A DNA stretch of 64,000 nucleotides, from contig NC_087437.1 of NCBI RefSeq assembly GCF_036321535.1, positions 110,734,001 to 110,798,000 on the forward strand, given 5' to 3'. The position numbers and the translations under genes were made by a program. The stretch is from Camelus dromedarius. Lineage: Eukaryota. This document shows, one piece after another, positions 25,430 through 39,409 of the stretch; within the stretch, counting starts at the first letter, position 1; each line of letters opens with the position of its first letter. Under the pieces are notes generated by a model. The model was not told the origin of the DNA. It saw nothing but the letters and a program-made list of their open reading frames with translations, and ran no database searches.

Positions 25430-25670
25430 GTGTTGGGAGTTCGAGCCTGGAGTCCCACTGCACGTAACCAGGTCAAATCTCATCTTTGCCACTTATCTGC
25501 AGGATGATTTGAGGCAAACTCTGAATACCACTGTACCCCTAGGAGATAAGAATTCCTAAACCATTCGGTTGATATGAGCATGAAATGAGACCATCTATGT
25601 TACATGCTTAGCTTCATGCCTACACCTTGGTCACTTCTCAATTAAAGTCTAGCAATTATTTCCATTATTA
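25430..25670 (+). mobile_element. MIR SINE (degraded)
   Basis: tcaaatctcatctttgccactta...ggcaaa...tgagcatgaaatgaga...tgcttagc. Confidence 0.5.
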
Positions 25671-28600
25671 TTCAACATTTGTAAACCATAAGGCACATGC
25701 TCCAGAAAGGCCACTGTTAATGGGAGCTTCTTTAAAACATGGTACCCACTGAAACTGGGTCTATGTTCTAAGTTGGATGAAACTGGTCACCTTAAATGAA
25801 TCGTGGAACACCAATAGGCGATTAATTAATCCACCTGGAAGATGTGATCGAGCCAGTCTGCCACAGCTCACGCACACACACAAACCATGCTGACGAAATC
25901 TGGCAGGACCAGTTGGACTGCGTGTATCACATTAAGATGACCCCGGGTGAAATGAATGAAAAATGTGCCAAGTTTTTCAGTCTCACTCTGATTCATCTCA
26001 GCTCATATAGTCAATTTCTGCATCAGATGTCAAATAACCAGTTCTCACAGGGAAGCGTGTGTGCTGCGGGCGTTGGGGAAGGAATTACTACAACTAGTCC
26101 CAGACTTCAAATACCTCAAAAATAGACAGAACCCAGAAATCCCGTCACTCCAACCCGACAGTCTGATGCCAAATGAAAACATAACAACTGTCAGAAATAC
26201 TGTGTCCACAGCAGCTAATCCATGGCTCTTCCTGAAAAGCCTGCCACACCAGAACTTTCTTTTTCACCTTCAAAAAACATTCACAACGGGAATCCTGTCA
26301 CTTTTAAGTGCTTGAAAGTTCAAGTAATCAAAGTGTACAGAGACGTAAGCTACCCATTCTGAAACTTAGAAAAAATAAAGATGTGATACTATCTACTCGA
26401 CTTCACACCTACCTGAAAGGCTGTCAGAAGACAGAAGTTGTAAAATCAACACGAAACAATATAAACCATACAAGACGACAGAAGCACGTCCATTCTGTTC
26501 ATCATAATTTAGTGCCCAAAAGTGTTTCATAATTAGTGAATTAATGAGAATCAGAAAAGTTCCCTTACCCTGAACTTTAAAGGGGGCAGGGTGAGAGTAG
26601 TAGTAGCGTTAGATCAAAATCCTGAACAAGTCAGAAACCCTAAACATTTTCTATACGCAATGAACACCAACAGAATTTAGATTTTAGTATTCACGCTTAG
26701 TCCAAAAATCAGCATTGCATGGAAGGATGGATGGATGGGTCGATGGATGCATGGGAGAATCTAGGACATTGGAAATTTGTAAATGGTTCAGAAATTAAGG
26801 TTAAAGAAAATTCTTCAGTCATTTTCTTTATTTATGTTTTTAACCATTGTTTTATTCAAGAAAGGACACGGGAGTGGTTTCCAAAGACACACAATCTAAA
26901 ATAGAATAGAAGTAATTATTATTGGAAAAATAAAAGGAACCCAAAGGTTAAGACAAAGTGAAGGCAGAGCAACAATACAGAGCCTGTCAATCTGCCCAGC
27001 TGGCTCAGTTTGACAGTAAGCTTTTGTAACAGCCAATTCAAATAAGGGAACTGGAGCAGCTGTAAAATTCAAATGTCTTAATCCATTGCTCAGAAGGACA
27101 AATGTCCTCGGTACTACGATCAGATAGGAATTTCCACTAGTGGTCCTTTGAGGCCACTGTGATGCAGTGAGCAATGTTGTGACCACATCCTTTCACATGG
27201 GCTCAGTGACAAATTTCACATGGATGTTTCTTGCCTCGATCATTTATTTTTTAAAAATCACAACTTGGGGACAGAAGGTCTGAGGTGGTACGATTCTGCT
27301 GAAGAACAGAGAGGCTGCATACCCTCCAGGAAAATCTCCCTTCATATTTGTTTGCTCTCCACAGAGTGCTGGGTCACCACTTGGTTGGGGGGTTGGTGAG
27401 CTTGGGTAAGAGGGAGCTCTCTGGCTCAGTGCCCAAGTGTAGCTGGGTCACAATACCTTATCTGGCACAAAGGAACGGTTCCACCAGGAGTGAGCTTGTC
27501 TGGCTTGTGTAAAAGCAGACTGTGACAAGGGCCCCTGCACAGAGAAGAGGTGCTCACCCGCCCCCGCAGGTGAACCACAGGACCACCGAGGTTCCGGGGC
27601 AGGACCAGGATGCTCCATGAAAAACAGAGCCCTCCACACAGATGGATGAGTGTTCCAGGGCTTCCAAAGTCCTACTCCACAAAACACGGATGAAATGGCT
27701 TTCGCCCAACTGTGTTTTTAAGGCCAGTAAAAATAGACACCCAAATCAGCCAAATAAAATTCCTGAAAGTTCCCGTATCCAAAGGCTGCCCTAGTTTTGA
27801 GCAATGCAACTTCTTAGCATATCCAAATGCATCCTGAGGTAACTAAGGGGGGAAACATGCTCATGGAATCGATATTTTTGAGCCAGCAAAATAAGTTGAG
27901 AAATTTCTACTAAAATGATAACTTTAATTTTAGAACAGTGAATCTTTGGCAATACTTAGCCAACAGGTTCAGCTGGGACAGACAGTACTGTGTTTCGTAG
28001 GCGCCAAGTCAGTGCACTTCAGAGTGAAGTGACGTGTTCCACCCCCAACTCAGGGAGATCTACCATTCTGGGATGCTTACTAACTGGCTGGCATCATGTT
28101 AGTGGCTTTAGGCCAAAATACTACTCTTTAAGTTTCCCAAGGTTCTTCGTATTTATTGTCCTGAAACCACACTCGGACACTGGCAAACACCAAAGCGCAC
28201 AACTCCAACATTGCATCACCCGCTACAAAGCTCCCTCTCAGCTTCATCCAAGGGAGTTTGGAAGCCACCAGCCCCAAAGGGCTGCATTACACAGCTGGCC
28301 GTCAGGTCTCCCAAACACCCCCACAGCCTGGCTCTACAAGGGCTCCAACGAAGCCCCAATGTGCTGAAATGGATTTAGTAGGGGTTTTTTTTCAGAACAG
28401 ACCATGAGAATCACGTAGTGTTTCAAAATTCTAAGCAGCATCATTCCTCCTAAGAAGCCACGAAGCTACTGAACACTTGAGAATTCCACCCAGCATTCCA
28501 AGATGAGTGACCACACGGCGTGAGTGCTCAACTCCGGGCTCCTGGCTCCTAAATTCTCAAGTTCAAGTCTGAGTCATTGTAAGAGAGAATGGAACATTAG

Positions 28601-31588
28601 ATTCCAAAAGAAAATGGAATGGAGCCGACTACGTCTGATGCTGAAGTCTGTCCTTCATGACTTCACCACGTTGTGGCTTAACGCGGGTTCCCAGTGAGAG
28701 AACTGGGTTATGGAGGCGCACGCAGAGGACGGGGGAGGGGATGGCACTCCGGTGAAACTGCTTCCTTAGCCCCCGTGCAACATAAGAGTGTGTCTAGTCT
28801 TCAAACTGTACTTCAGAAGAATCCTCCAGAAAATCTATCAGTGCATTAGTTTAGAAGAGATGTCCACATTAAGTCATGTTACCGAACAGCGTCTTACCAG
28901 AATGGAGCCACCCAGCCTCTTCCCTTCGGCAGATGGGACTCCCCTCCCCTCACCGGGCACAGGAGGAGCCTCGCCTCCTGAGACACCACGCACAGTGGGT
29001 GGGGCAGCCGCTCTCTCACTGTCCACGACTGAACTCAAGGAAGGGAATTTGGTTTTAATTCCCCCCGGCTTTCCAAGTCTGAGGTTGAGCCTTGAATGGA
29101 GACAGGGGCATCTCCATGCTGAAGGACATGGCCTTGGCCTTCGGTAAGCTGTCAAGAAAAGGGCCCCTCACACTCAGGAGCTGCCTCCCGCCTCCAAGAC
29201 CTTCTCCAGGCTCGCCCAAGTGACCTGCAAGTATGTAACCACACCTGCAATCTCCATGACGGTCTGCAACCCCGACACCTGGCCTCCCCCTTCACCTGCT
29301 CTCTCACCGTGCAGCCGAGAGGGAAGTCTTCCAGCCCAAAACACAGTCAGGATGTCAAGGAGTCCCCGTTCTTCATCAGGAAACAGAGCAGGACTTGGTC
29401 ACCCCGGCGACTTCTTTCCCTCACCACCACACAAGACACCGCTCTCTGGCCCGAAGCTGCCTTTCCCACAAACAGTGGGAGGCCACCTGTGAATCTGGGA
29501 AGAGTTCCCTGGGGTGAGGCCATCCGTGCAGGTGGCCGGTGTGGCAGCTCTGCCTGCCAGCGACGAGGTCTGGGGCTGCCTTCGTCAGAGGACAGAGGAG
29601 CAGTCACAAGCCCCTCTGGAGAGGCCAGCAGGCTGGGGCGCACCAAATCCACTCTACGGGTCCCTCACGCTCTGAGGCTGAAGGGCCATCAGAAATAATG
29701 ACCTCCCCTGGGGACTTGCCACTTCCTCCTTTGTTCTGTTCCTGCCGCTCTGGTACTTGCGGAAGGTGTGTACAGGATGGCGAAAGTCTCTAGAAGGAAA
29801 CGGTTAAAGAGAGAATTGGGCAATACAGATACTAAGAATGGAGAGGAAGGAAGAGAAGCTAGAGATGTTAAGCTTGTACAGACGTGTGAATATCTGATCA
29901 GCAACTTAACTGAATAACCAGAAGTCAATGAGCAAGCGTGATGGCTGAAAACCACAGCTGCCCTACACAAAAGGCGAAGCTGTAACAGGGCCCCGGCTAA
30001 GACCACTGCTCGCAAGACATTAGGGACCTCGGTCTTGGTATGTGCTTAGGTAGGAAGATAGGATGTTAATCAAATTTCAGTGCAACAAAGAATCTTCCAC
30101 ATTAAAGTCAAATAAAATAATTTTTACAAAATTTTTAAAGAACTTCCTCCCAAGGATTTTCAAAATGGGGTGATTCTTTACGTCTAAGGCCTCATCTTCT
30201 CAAAGAGAAGAGACTGAGGCACAGTCATAAAACAGTGACAGAACAGTGCTTCCCCAGCCAACCTCTGGGTGCTGAAAAATGCTCCTTTTACTCTCTCCTC
30301 ATTTTAAAATGAAAAAAATCTTTTAAAACGACCTCAATTTTGTATTTGCAAATCGATTCAAATTGTTTTGGGTTATACATTTAAGACTACCAGCTCTTCA
30401 TGGTAAAACACAATTCTTTATTTTTATTGGCTCTAAGAAACACATTTTTCATGTTGAACATCTTTGAAATTAGTATGTCTTACAAGCACCGTGGTGGAGT
30501 GTGGTTTCGTTGGCACCATTTTCCCTCTTGCTTAGTGGTACATAAAAAAGTGGTGTGTCTTATAGTTGTTAGCATGTAATAAAAAACAGAATATATAGAA
30601 ATAGATTTTTAAATAGTTATCGCTCTCTAAAAATTGCTTGTGAGTGACTTGGGTAAAGCAGAATGTCTACATAGAACTTTCCTGATTGTTATCTAGTCAG
30701 TGCAATTCAACCAACATTTATTGGGAATCTAGTTTAGGTATGGGATGAGGAAGTAGACCGTTTTCTCATGATGCTGGTAATCTGAGAAAACTGTGGTCAC
30801 ATATCCACAATGAGACAAGGCTGAAAGGCTAACCTGGCATTCTCAATCATGAACAATGGGAAGAAACAGAACCGTTCTGCCAGGGGAAGCGATCAGTCAA
30901 ACCTAGTCCTGAAGGGCTCACAGAATGTGGCTGGGCTTGTAGGGATGGGAGGAAGTGAACAGGGATAGGAAGGTGTTTGCAGGGAGAAAAAAAAAAGAAC
31001 ATTCCAAGAAAAGAACAAAGGTTCTGAGGAATGAAAGCACTAGTCCAACGTTGTGGAGAAGTGCAGGCTTGGAAAGGAGCTGGAGGTGAAAGATGGGCTG
31101 GGATTACAGACACCACACAGAGAAACTGGACGGTACTGGATTAAGGACGTTACATCAACAGACATGGTCTCCATCCACCCCAGCCCTCGCCCCTGCGTAA
31201 CGTGAGAGAGGAGGTGGAAGCTTTTTGCAACCAACCCATCAGGCAGCGCCTGGAGGAGATAAGGTGGCCTTAACTTGGACAGTAAGAGCCTTGGAACAAT
31301 AAGAAAGGCAAAGTCACCAGGACTTGACAGCCACCTGAATGCCTGTGAGAAATGAGGAGGGAAGGAGAAAAAGAGGGGGGGAAACGCCTCTGACATTTCT
31401 AGCTGAGTAACTGACAAAACAGACAGTGACAATAACACCTGCCACTTGTGAGTTCAGAGGGGGCATCCAATTCAAAAGTTGTATGTTTGAGGGGCCAAAA
31501 TTCACCAGCAGCGATCTTACTGGAAATCTGGTGTCCATTTAACACAAGGCCTCAGCACAAAAGAACCAAAGTTGGAACACAGTATCTC

Positions 31589-31693
31589 AGGAAAGGAGGG
31601 AGGGAGGGAAGGAAGGAGGAAGGAAGGAAGGAAGGAAGGAAGGAAGGAAGGAAGGAAGGAAGGAAGGAAGGAAGGAAGGAAGGAAGGAAGGAA
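31589..31693 (+). repeat. (GGGA)n/(GGAA)n polypurine microsatellite
   Basis: About 100-bp pure purine tract; it produces the spurious RKEG-repeat ORFs. Confidence 0.95.
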
Positions 31694-34539
31694 ACATCCT
31701 CACAAAATGCTTAGATCAAGAAGAATATCAAAATGGAGACACAAATATTGGCCAATTCCATTGTATAATCAAAGAACTTTAAATACACACGCGCGCGCGC
31801 ATCTGATAACTTGTGAGAGCCACAAGTTGAAAACACTATCTCAGCTACACTTTTATTGACTAAGCCAATACCTGGAATAACAAATGGATTGAACAGCATC
31901 CACAATTTAACCCAAAAATAAAAGCACGATGCCTCAGGTTTGGTGCCACAAAGTTAAAAGGTAAATCAGATTAGAGTTCAGCCCCCAAAGCTCCCTAGGG
32001 CCACAGGAACAGCCACTCTGCTCCTAACTCACGCCTTGAGGCTGGGTTAATAATTTAAACAAGACCACGGACGGCAAGGCTGATATTGCACAGCTGCACA
32101 GATCACAGTGGAATGCACCCGGAAAGTAGAAATAAGTGTGCTTGATACCGCTTCAAAGAAATGTAGCGTTTAAGGACAATCACTTCACCTTTCCATACGT
32201 GAGTGGGTGAAACGATAAGCTGACAGCCGGGCACACCAGGGAGATCTCAGGCGATGCGCTGAGTTAGTTATGCTCTGTGAGTGACCGGGACAAGGGTGGC
32301 TGGGAGTAGGGCACGTGGCCATGGGGACACAGAGATGCAGCAAAGACATGACTATGGGACCACAAGGACTCAATCCGACATTTCTGGCCATCTATTCTCT
32401 TTAAAATTAGGACACTGATGGTCCAGAAGTTTCTGTGCTCCTTGTACTTGAAAAGAAATCCACGTATCTTTAACTTGGTAACTCAATATCCGTAAGTATC
32501 AGAATAAGAACCACCATGAGATTCTCTCTGAGGGGATTCGTTTTACAGTAAGTGGGTGGTTCGATTGAGGCAGAAAGTTCCATTGAGACGAATCCCAGAA
32601 ATGCAAGATAGAAAACCAGTTCTTACTTTAAAATCTTTTTGGCTGAGTAACAACCTAACACTCATCCCCATCCCAGCCAAATAACAAAGTTGGAGAGAAA
32701 TAAAAAGCACCCAAAGTCATTGCACACTGGACTTTTAAAAGCAGAAGAAAAAAAAAAAATCAAACAAAGCACATACACCCCTCCCTGAAGTCATAAAAGG
32801 ATAACCAGCCTCTTTCAACATAAAGACGGTTCCTGGGAAGCCATGGGAACATTTCTGAAACAGTGATACATCAAAGTCCCCGCGCAGAAAAACCGATACA
32901 CAAAATCACAAAGCAAATCTGTTCCTTGTATGACAGCAACCAGCTTAAAAAGCTTGACATTCATTGCCAAGTAATATCGGTGAGACCACACACAAGGCGA
33001 GTGAGACAGACACCAGGCCCTGCCTTCTTCCCACAGTGAATGAGCACACTCCTGTCCAGGGCACGAGTGTGCAAATGGCTTTATGGGGCTCCCCACTCGA
33101 TAAAATAGTTCCAAGCAGGCCAACCCAAACCAGAATGAATTTAAGTAACGTACAAGTTACATACATGGGCTATTGTTCAAATAAATTATGCATATTTTCA
33201 ATATATGTGGGTATTTAGAATGTGCATAATTTATTTGAAATGAACAGAAATACACAGAAATTGAAACGTACAACGTAGAGAGAAATATAAATTCTTAACT
33301 TTCCTTCCCACACCCTAAGGACATTATGTTGCACGTATATCCAGTATTGAAGACCACTGTTCTAGGACATAAAAAGCCGATCTGGAAACTAAGAAAAAAT
33401 CGGGAAAGACAGTGAGTGGAAAACTCATAGGAATGCCTCATTAACTTTACCTACATCTCAGCCTCATTGTAAAGCAACATCATAGCAATGTCAAAATCTC
33501 CCAGAATCTTCAAGAAGGGATTAATACCACCACTCAGAAGACCAGGTCAGTAGACACATGCTGAAAACTTTAGGCTGCTTGAAATTATCTACTGATAGCA
33601 TTAGCTCTCACTAGGAGCCACTAAATTGTGTTTTTGCAATCAAGACAGCAATCAATATCCCTTCACCAGTAGTTAATGAAGCAATGTCGTATAGAAAAAG
33701 AAAATGATATAAAAAAGGAAGGGCTCATTTTTGCAACTTCCTCATCCCTAGCCACTGCCAGGCAACACAAGGATTGGCCAAGATGCAGTAAGCAAAAATA
33801 CCTTTCCAACTATCAGTGTGTGTAATCTCAGACCCACCAGGACGAGAAGTCAAGAAGTTTCAGTTTATACAGCCTGGAAGAATAAAGGCTAACAACAACA
33901 TGTAAAGAAAAATCTTAAAAAATATTTTCGATGATATGTGATTTGGGATATTTTTTGCACAGGTTTTGTTTATGCTGATTTTTAATAAACATAAATGTCG
34001 GAGAAATATTTTTGAAATAAAATTTTGATCCTCGTAGGTGGGAAGAAAATGTATCATCTTCTGGAAGAAATCCTCTCTCTCTTTCTCGCCAGCTTCCAAT
34101 CCAGAAACCCACTGGTAAACTGGTGTCAAAAGGAGCCCTCCTGTGGCCAAGACCTCCGATCAGCATCTGACTCTGCTGCTCTGCCTCCCTCCAGAATAAT
34201 GCTCCCTTCCCTTGGATTCCACGCCCTTAGACTTTACAGATAAACCTCTCAGCCCAACAGTCGTTTCTGTCCACAGTCTTCTACCTAACTCTCCACATGG
34301 AGTACTTTTCTCTTTAACAAATGTATTTACTTCCTTCCACACTGTCATCACCTAAGTCTCAGTCTTCAGCACAAATCCCTCTTTCTCTCCTTCTCTGGAC
34401 ACCTCTGTAGGGCTATGCTGTTGATAGCTCAACTCTGACACCCCATTTAGGGTCAAAACTTTCTACATTATGATCTCTCCCAGAAGGAAGCAAGATTTAT
34501 AAATGTAACAGAGTTTAGATTCAGTCAGAGCTAGCCTTT

Positions 34540-34690
34540 GTCTGCCATTTAATGTCCCTGTGAACTTGAGCGAGTTACTTAACATCCCTGTGGACCACCT
34601 TCTCCAACAGTAAAAATAATCTACCTTGTAGGTTTGTGCTGGAGACCAAGCAAGACAACGTGTGAAGATACTCTTCCTTGGCATTTAGTT
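34540..34690 (+). mobile_element. MIR SINE
   Basis: ctgtgaacttgagcgagttacttaacatccctgt...gtaaaaataatctaccttgtaggttt. Confidence 0.6.
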
Positions 34691-35404
34691 AGGGCTTCGC
34701 GAATGTTAATTTCCTTCCTTGTGTCTTCCCCTTCTTCCCCTATCCTTTCTCCCAGGTCCCTGAAGAATCTTCTGTATCTATCCTGTCCCTCTATTCTTAC
34801 CCTTTTAATCCAAGTCTCTTTGCCTTTAATCCCCATCACTAATATCTCTCAATTTTCTGCCCAAACCACTCAATGCATACATCACTGCAAACCCAAACTA
34901 ATGCACATTCAAGATGCATTCAGTGTCCTTCAAAAATGTCACAACTTCAATCCCTGCACCACTAAATGACATACAAACAGCCGTGGCATATCCAGCAGAG
35001 ACCAGAGTCACAGGACTAAAGCAACGTCCTTCTGAAAAATCAGTTTTACTCAAAGATTTACTCAGGAGATTAGGGAGAGCAAGGGTGTTGGGGCAGTTGA
35101 CAAGGAAATTAAGTTTTAAATGTGTATGATTTTCTAAGATGAAATACGCACCTTCCCCCTCAAAATAAAATGGCACATGGACTGGTTAGAAATTAATTCT
35201 CTTTTTATGTTGTAGAGTTTTATTGAAAAAAAATTGCAAAGGTCTTTTCTTCCAAGATATTCTTCATCACAACTCCCTTCTGAATCCCCACAGCTACCAC
35301 TTATTTGAATACTTGTATTTCCTCTGGTAGGATCACAAGTTCCATGAAGGAAGGGACCATACATAGCTCATGACTTTTTATCAGTTTCCATGGCACATGG
35401 CCCC

Positions 35405-35844
35405 TGTATTAGTCAAGGTTCTCCAAAGAAACTAAACCAACAGCAGGACATGCATGGACAGATGCATGGATGGACAGATGGATGGATGGATGGATGGATG
35501 GATGGATGGATAAGTATTTCAAGAAATTGGCTCATAAGATTGTAGGGCCTGGCAAAGCCACCATCTGCAGGGCAAACCAGCAGACTGGAGACCCGGGGAA
35601 GAGCTGATGCTGCTGTCTTGAGTCCAAAGGCCTCTAGCGTGGAATCACTTTCTTCTAGAGGACCTCAGTCTCCTTTCAAGGCCTTCAAGTGACTGGGTGA
35701 GGAGAGTAATCTGCTTTACTCACTGTCTGATATAAATGCTAATCACATCTAAAAAACACCTCACAGCAACATCTAGATGGGTGTTTAGCCAACTTACTGG
35801 GCATCACAGTCTGGCCAAGTTAACATATAAAATTAACCATCACA
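35405..35844 (-). mobile_element. Solo ERVL LTR, MLT2 family (MLT2D-like), near full length, with internal (TGGA)n at 35455-35511
   Basis: Minus strand starts TGTGATGGTTAATTTTATATGTTAACTTGGCC and ends GGAGAACCTTGACTAATACA, the MLT2 termini; internal TCTAGATGTTGCTGTGAGG and GAGTAAAGCAGATTAC. Confidence 0.85.
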
Positions 35845-36230
35845 TGTCCCAGTAGACTTTTTCTCCAGGACCTAGTAATGGTATCAATATCAACCAGCCA
35901 AAGGAACAAAAAGAATAAAATGCATTTCCACACAGAACATCTACAACAGAATACCGAGCAGGTGTTCTAGGCTGACTACCAGCCCACAAGTCCACCTGAT
36001 TTGAGCTCTGAAAAGAAGGTCTACTTGGGGTGTTCCTGGTAACACTTATCCCAGGATTCAGGGCATGAAGGGGTCACTGAGACCAATGGCCTGACTTTCA
36101 TGATGTTCCTTGTGCCCTGTATTTCTAGACAACTGCATTTCTCCAAGCTCATGTCTCCTAGAAGCCAACATCACCAAGAGTGGTGGCTCTCTTTTACTTC
36201 AATATGGAAAAGTATCAAAACATATCTGCA

Positions 36231-36554
36231 AACCTCGAACTCCCAAATTTATCCCTTCTCATCCCCTTTCCCTGGGTAATCATAAGATTGTTTACTATGT
36301 CTTTGAGTCTGTTTCTGTTTTATAGATGAGTTCATTAGTGTCTTCATTTTTCTTCTTTACTACTATATATAAAAATAGATAAAAAACAAATTTCTTCTGT
36401 ATAGCACAGGGAACTATATTCAATATCTTGTAATAACCTTTAATGAAAAAGAATATGAAAACAAATATATGTATATATATGTATGACTGGGACATGATGC
36501 TGTACACCAGAAATTGACACATTGTAACTGACTATACTTCAACTTAAAAAAAAC
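36231..36554 (+). mobile_element. Young L1 3' end with 5' inversion (inverted about 36231-36355, forward about 36358-36554)
   Basis: Both halves align to adjacent parts of the L1 copy at 53468-54013, in opposite orientations; TSD aaacatat(c/t)tgca at 36218-36230 and 36555-36567. Confidence 0.85.
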
Positions 36555-38690
36555 AAACATATTTGCAGATTGGAAAACACAAGTACACAAGCCCCCGCCT
36601 GAATCCTCCCCCAGCCCTCACACACATACACAAATGACGTATCCTAGGTACAGAAGCTTCCCTGCAGCGACATTTCTGCTCTAGCCTTGGATCTGAAATT
36701 ACCACCCTCTCCTACCTCTGAGCCAAGACTTCAAGCACACAGCAGGTTGGGGGTGGGGGGTGTCCCCAGCAAGCCTTCAATTCTGTTGCAGCTGGGCTTA
36801 ACATTGAGCTTGAAAGCCCAGCGATCGAGGGGCAGGGTCAGAGTGATTGTTCGACACCCTCCTGCACCCTGCTCATGACTAATGAAGCACTTTGGGAATG
36901 CAATTCCTCCCAGCTAGTGGGAACTGACAAGTCCACACTTAAACCAAACCAAACCAACCCTCGGGAGGTTCAGGGGTCACCGCAGCCCTCCTAAGCCCTA
37001 AGTGTGCCCCTTTCTGAAAATATTCACCTTTGACAGAAAACAAGCTGAGACACTTGGCTTAGGAGTGCTAATTCTGCTTCTCTACAGGGCAGGGAGCTTG
37101 AATTCTCAGGGACCAAACCAAAGAACATGCCCAGTAGGTAGGCAATGGGTATCCCTCCGGGAGCAACAGGAAAGCTTGTTAACTTGGGCAGATCACTTAG
37201 CTTCTCAATGGCTTCTGATTCCTCCTTAGTAAAATTCAGCTCCGAGTAAGCACTTTCAAAACGCTGGGCTCTGCAGAGAAAGGAGCCCAATGATGGGTGT
37301 GGTATATAATGGGGGGGGGGGGGGGGGTACTGGGTACATCATGGATGCAGGGATTTGTTTTTCCAGTAGTGATTTTCCATTCAAAACGGCATCCGTGAGA
37401 AGAAAGAAGGGGATTAATCAAGTGTATTCACTAAATAGAACTCCGGGATCAAAATAACATCCGCCTTCTAGTCCTGCCAACGGCTCACACGCGCAGGCAC
37501 GAGGACGCTGGGACTGCGCGCGGCCTGGACTCCTGTCGGCACCGGGGTGCCAGCTCTGGAGCCACCTGTTTCGTTCTGTTCCTCTCACTCCGTCCCCACA
37601 CTCACAGGAACAGGCTGCCATCTGTGCTGTACCAGCGGAGTGTGGTTCTCCATAAAGGTAAATAAGATCCTGATGCTGATTTTCATCTAAAAAAAAGAAA
37701 AAAATCCCTCCAATTATTGCCTCCAGACCTCAATCTCAATTCAGCTCAACCCGATTCAACTTCAGTCTGTGCTGAGCACCTTCTCTGCATGGCTCAGTCC
37801 AAGATTCCACAGGGAGGCTGAGATGGGGAAGGCTCAAGGCTCTTTAAAGGGTCTTAAGGACCTCGGAGCAGGGGGAGGGGGAGGGTGATGGTAAGGTGAG
37901 ACAAGGACCCCAAAACGCAGTATAAGACCCAAGAGCAGCTAGGTGTCTATGATGGGCTCTGAAAACACTATGAAAAATGAAAGGTACAGTTTAACGAAAA
38001 CGTTTTTGCCAAGAGTGGGCCGATAAGCTAATACTTTTTACAATGAAATATATGACCTTAACAGGTCAAAAGTTAAAAAAAAATGTATTTAGATTATAAG
38101 AATATACAGCACAGGACAAGATGGCAGTTAAATTTGACTATGATTTTTTAAAAACAAGTGCTATGATTACTCAGGAAAAAATATGATGATCATTTTGGAA
38201 TCATTTAATCTATAATCAGAATACTGAAAAACACTTAGAAAAGCAAACATTTCTACTTTTGAAAATTAATAATGGTTATTTGAAAATAATCTTGCTATAA
38301 AATCATGATGTAGAGGAGAATGTTCATCCCAATGAAAACACACATTTCAAAGGCCTTATTTAAATAAACGAGGACAGTTCACTTCCAGTTTTAGGCTATT
38401 TAATTTTGAAATGGATAACTGTCATCCTAAAAGTTACAGAGGATTTCCCCCAAAAAGCCCCAAGTCAAGAGCCACTATTTTAAGACAGGTAAAAACAATG
38501 AAATACGAAATTTTAAAAAATCTTTCCTGTGCATAAGTCATCTACATGACAAAGATAACTTAGGCGTTGAAACTCATGTCTCTTCTATTTCAAATACTGA
38601 TTTAAGAAGAAACAAAACAGGTCTCTTTTGTCAAGGAGAGCCCGGGTCACCTTAGTTCTAGTGTGAGGATGGACTAGATTCCTTCTTTTT

Positions 38691-38839
38691 TTTTTTTTAA
38701 TTGAAATATAGTCAGTTCCAATGTGCCAATTTCTGGTGTACAGCATAATGTCCCAGTTATGCATATATATACATATATTCATTTTCCTATTCTTTTTCAT
38801 TAAAGGTTACTACAAGATATTGAATATAGTTCCCTGTGC
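38691..38839 (-). mobile_element. Young L1 3' end inserted in the tail of an older L1
   Basis: Reverse of gcacagggaactatattcaatatcttg...; 15-bp TSD agattccttcttttt at 38676-38690 and 38840-38854. Confidence 0.85.
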
Positions 38840-38854
38840 AGATTCCTTCTTTTT

Positions 38855-39194
38855 AACTTTTTTAAAATTCGTTTTTTCTTCCAGTTTTATTAGGATATAA
38901 TTGACACACAGCACTGTATGTATAAGTTTTAAGGTGTACAGCATAATGGTTTGACTTACATACATCATGAAATGATCACCACAGTATGTTCAGTGAACAT
39001 CGATCATCTCATATAGACACAAAATTAAAGAATTAGAGAAAAAAGTTTTCTTGTGATAAGAACTCTTAGGATTTACATCTTAACAACCTTCTGATATAAT
39101 GTACAACTGTGTTAATTATATTTATCAAAAGGTACGTTACATCCTTAGTACTTACCTATCTTATAACTGGAAATTTGTACCTCTGGACTCCTTG
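38855..39194 (-). mobile_element. Older L1 3' end (L1MA/laurasiatherian type)
   Basis: gatataattgacacacagcactgt...aaggtgtacagcataatg...cttataactggaaatttgtacc; TSD gagg(a/t)tggactagattc at 38665-38681 and 39195-39211. Confidence 0.8.
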
Positions 39195-39409
39195 GAGGTT
39201 GGACTAGATTCTTGACCAGCTTTTCTTAAAGGCACATCCTTAACAGCCCTCCTCCTAAAATCGTGGTGCACAGCCCATTTACTATTCTAGAGGAACACGG
39301 GGAGTTTGTTCATTCTTTTCTCATCATGTTATGTATTAAAAGAACGGCACCAGGGGTAAGTGAATTAAGAAGTTAAATTAAAATATCACATTGTGAAACT
39401 TAGAAGACA

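Noticed and set aside
31448..31859. ORFs with RKEG repeats
   Set aside because: Translation of a (GGAA)n microsatellite.
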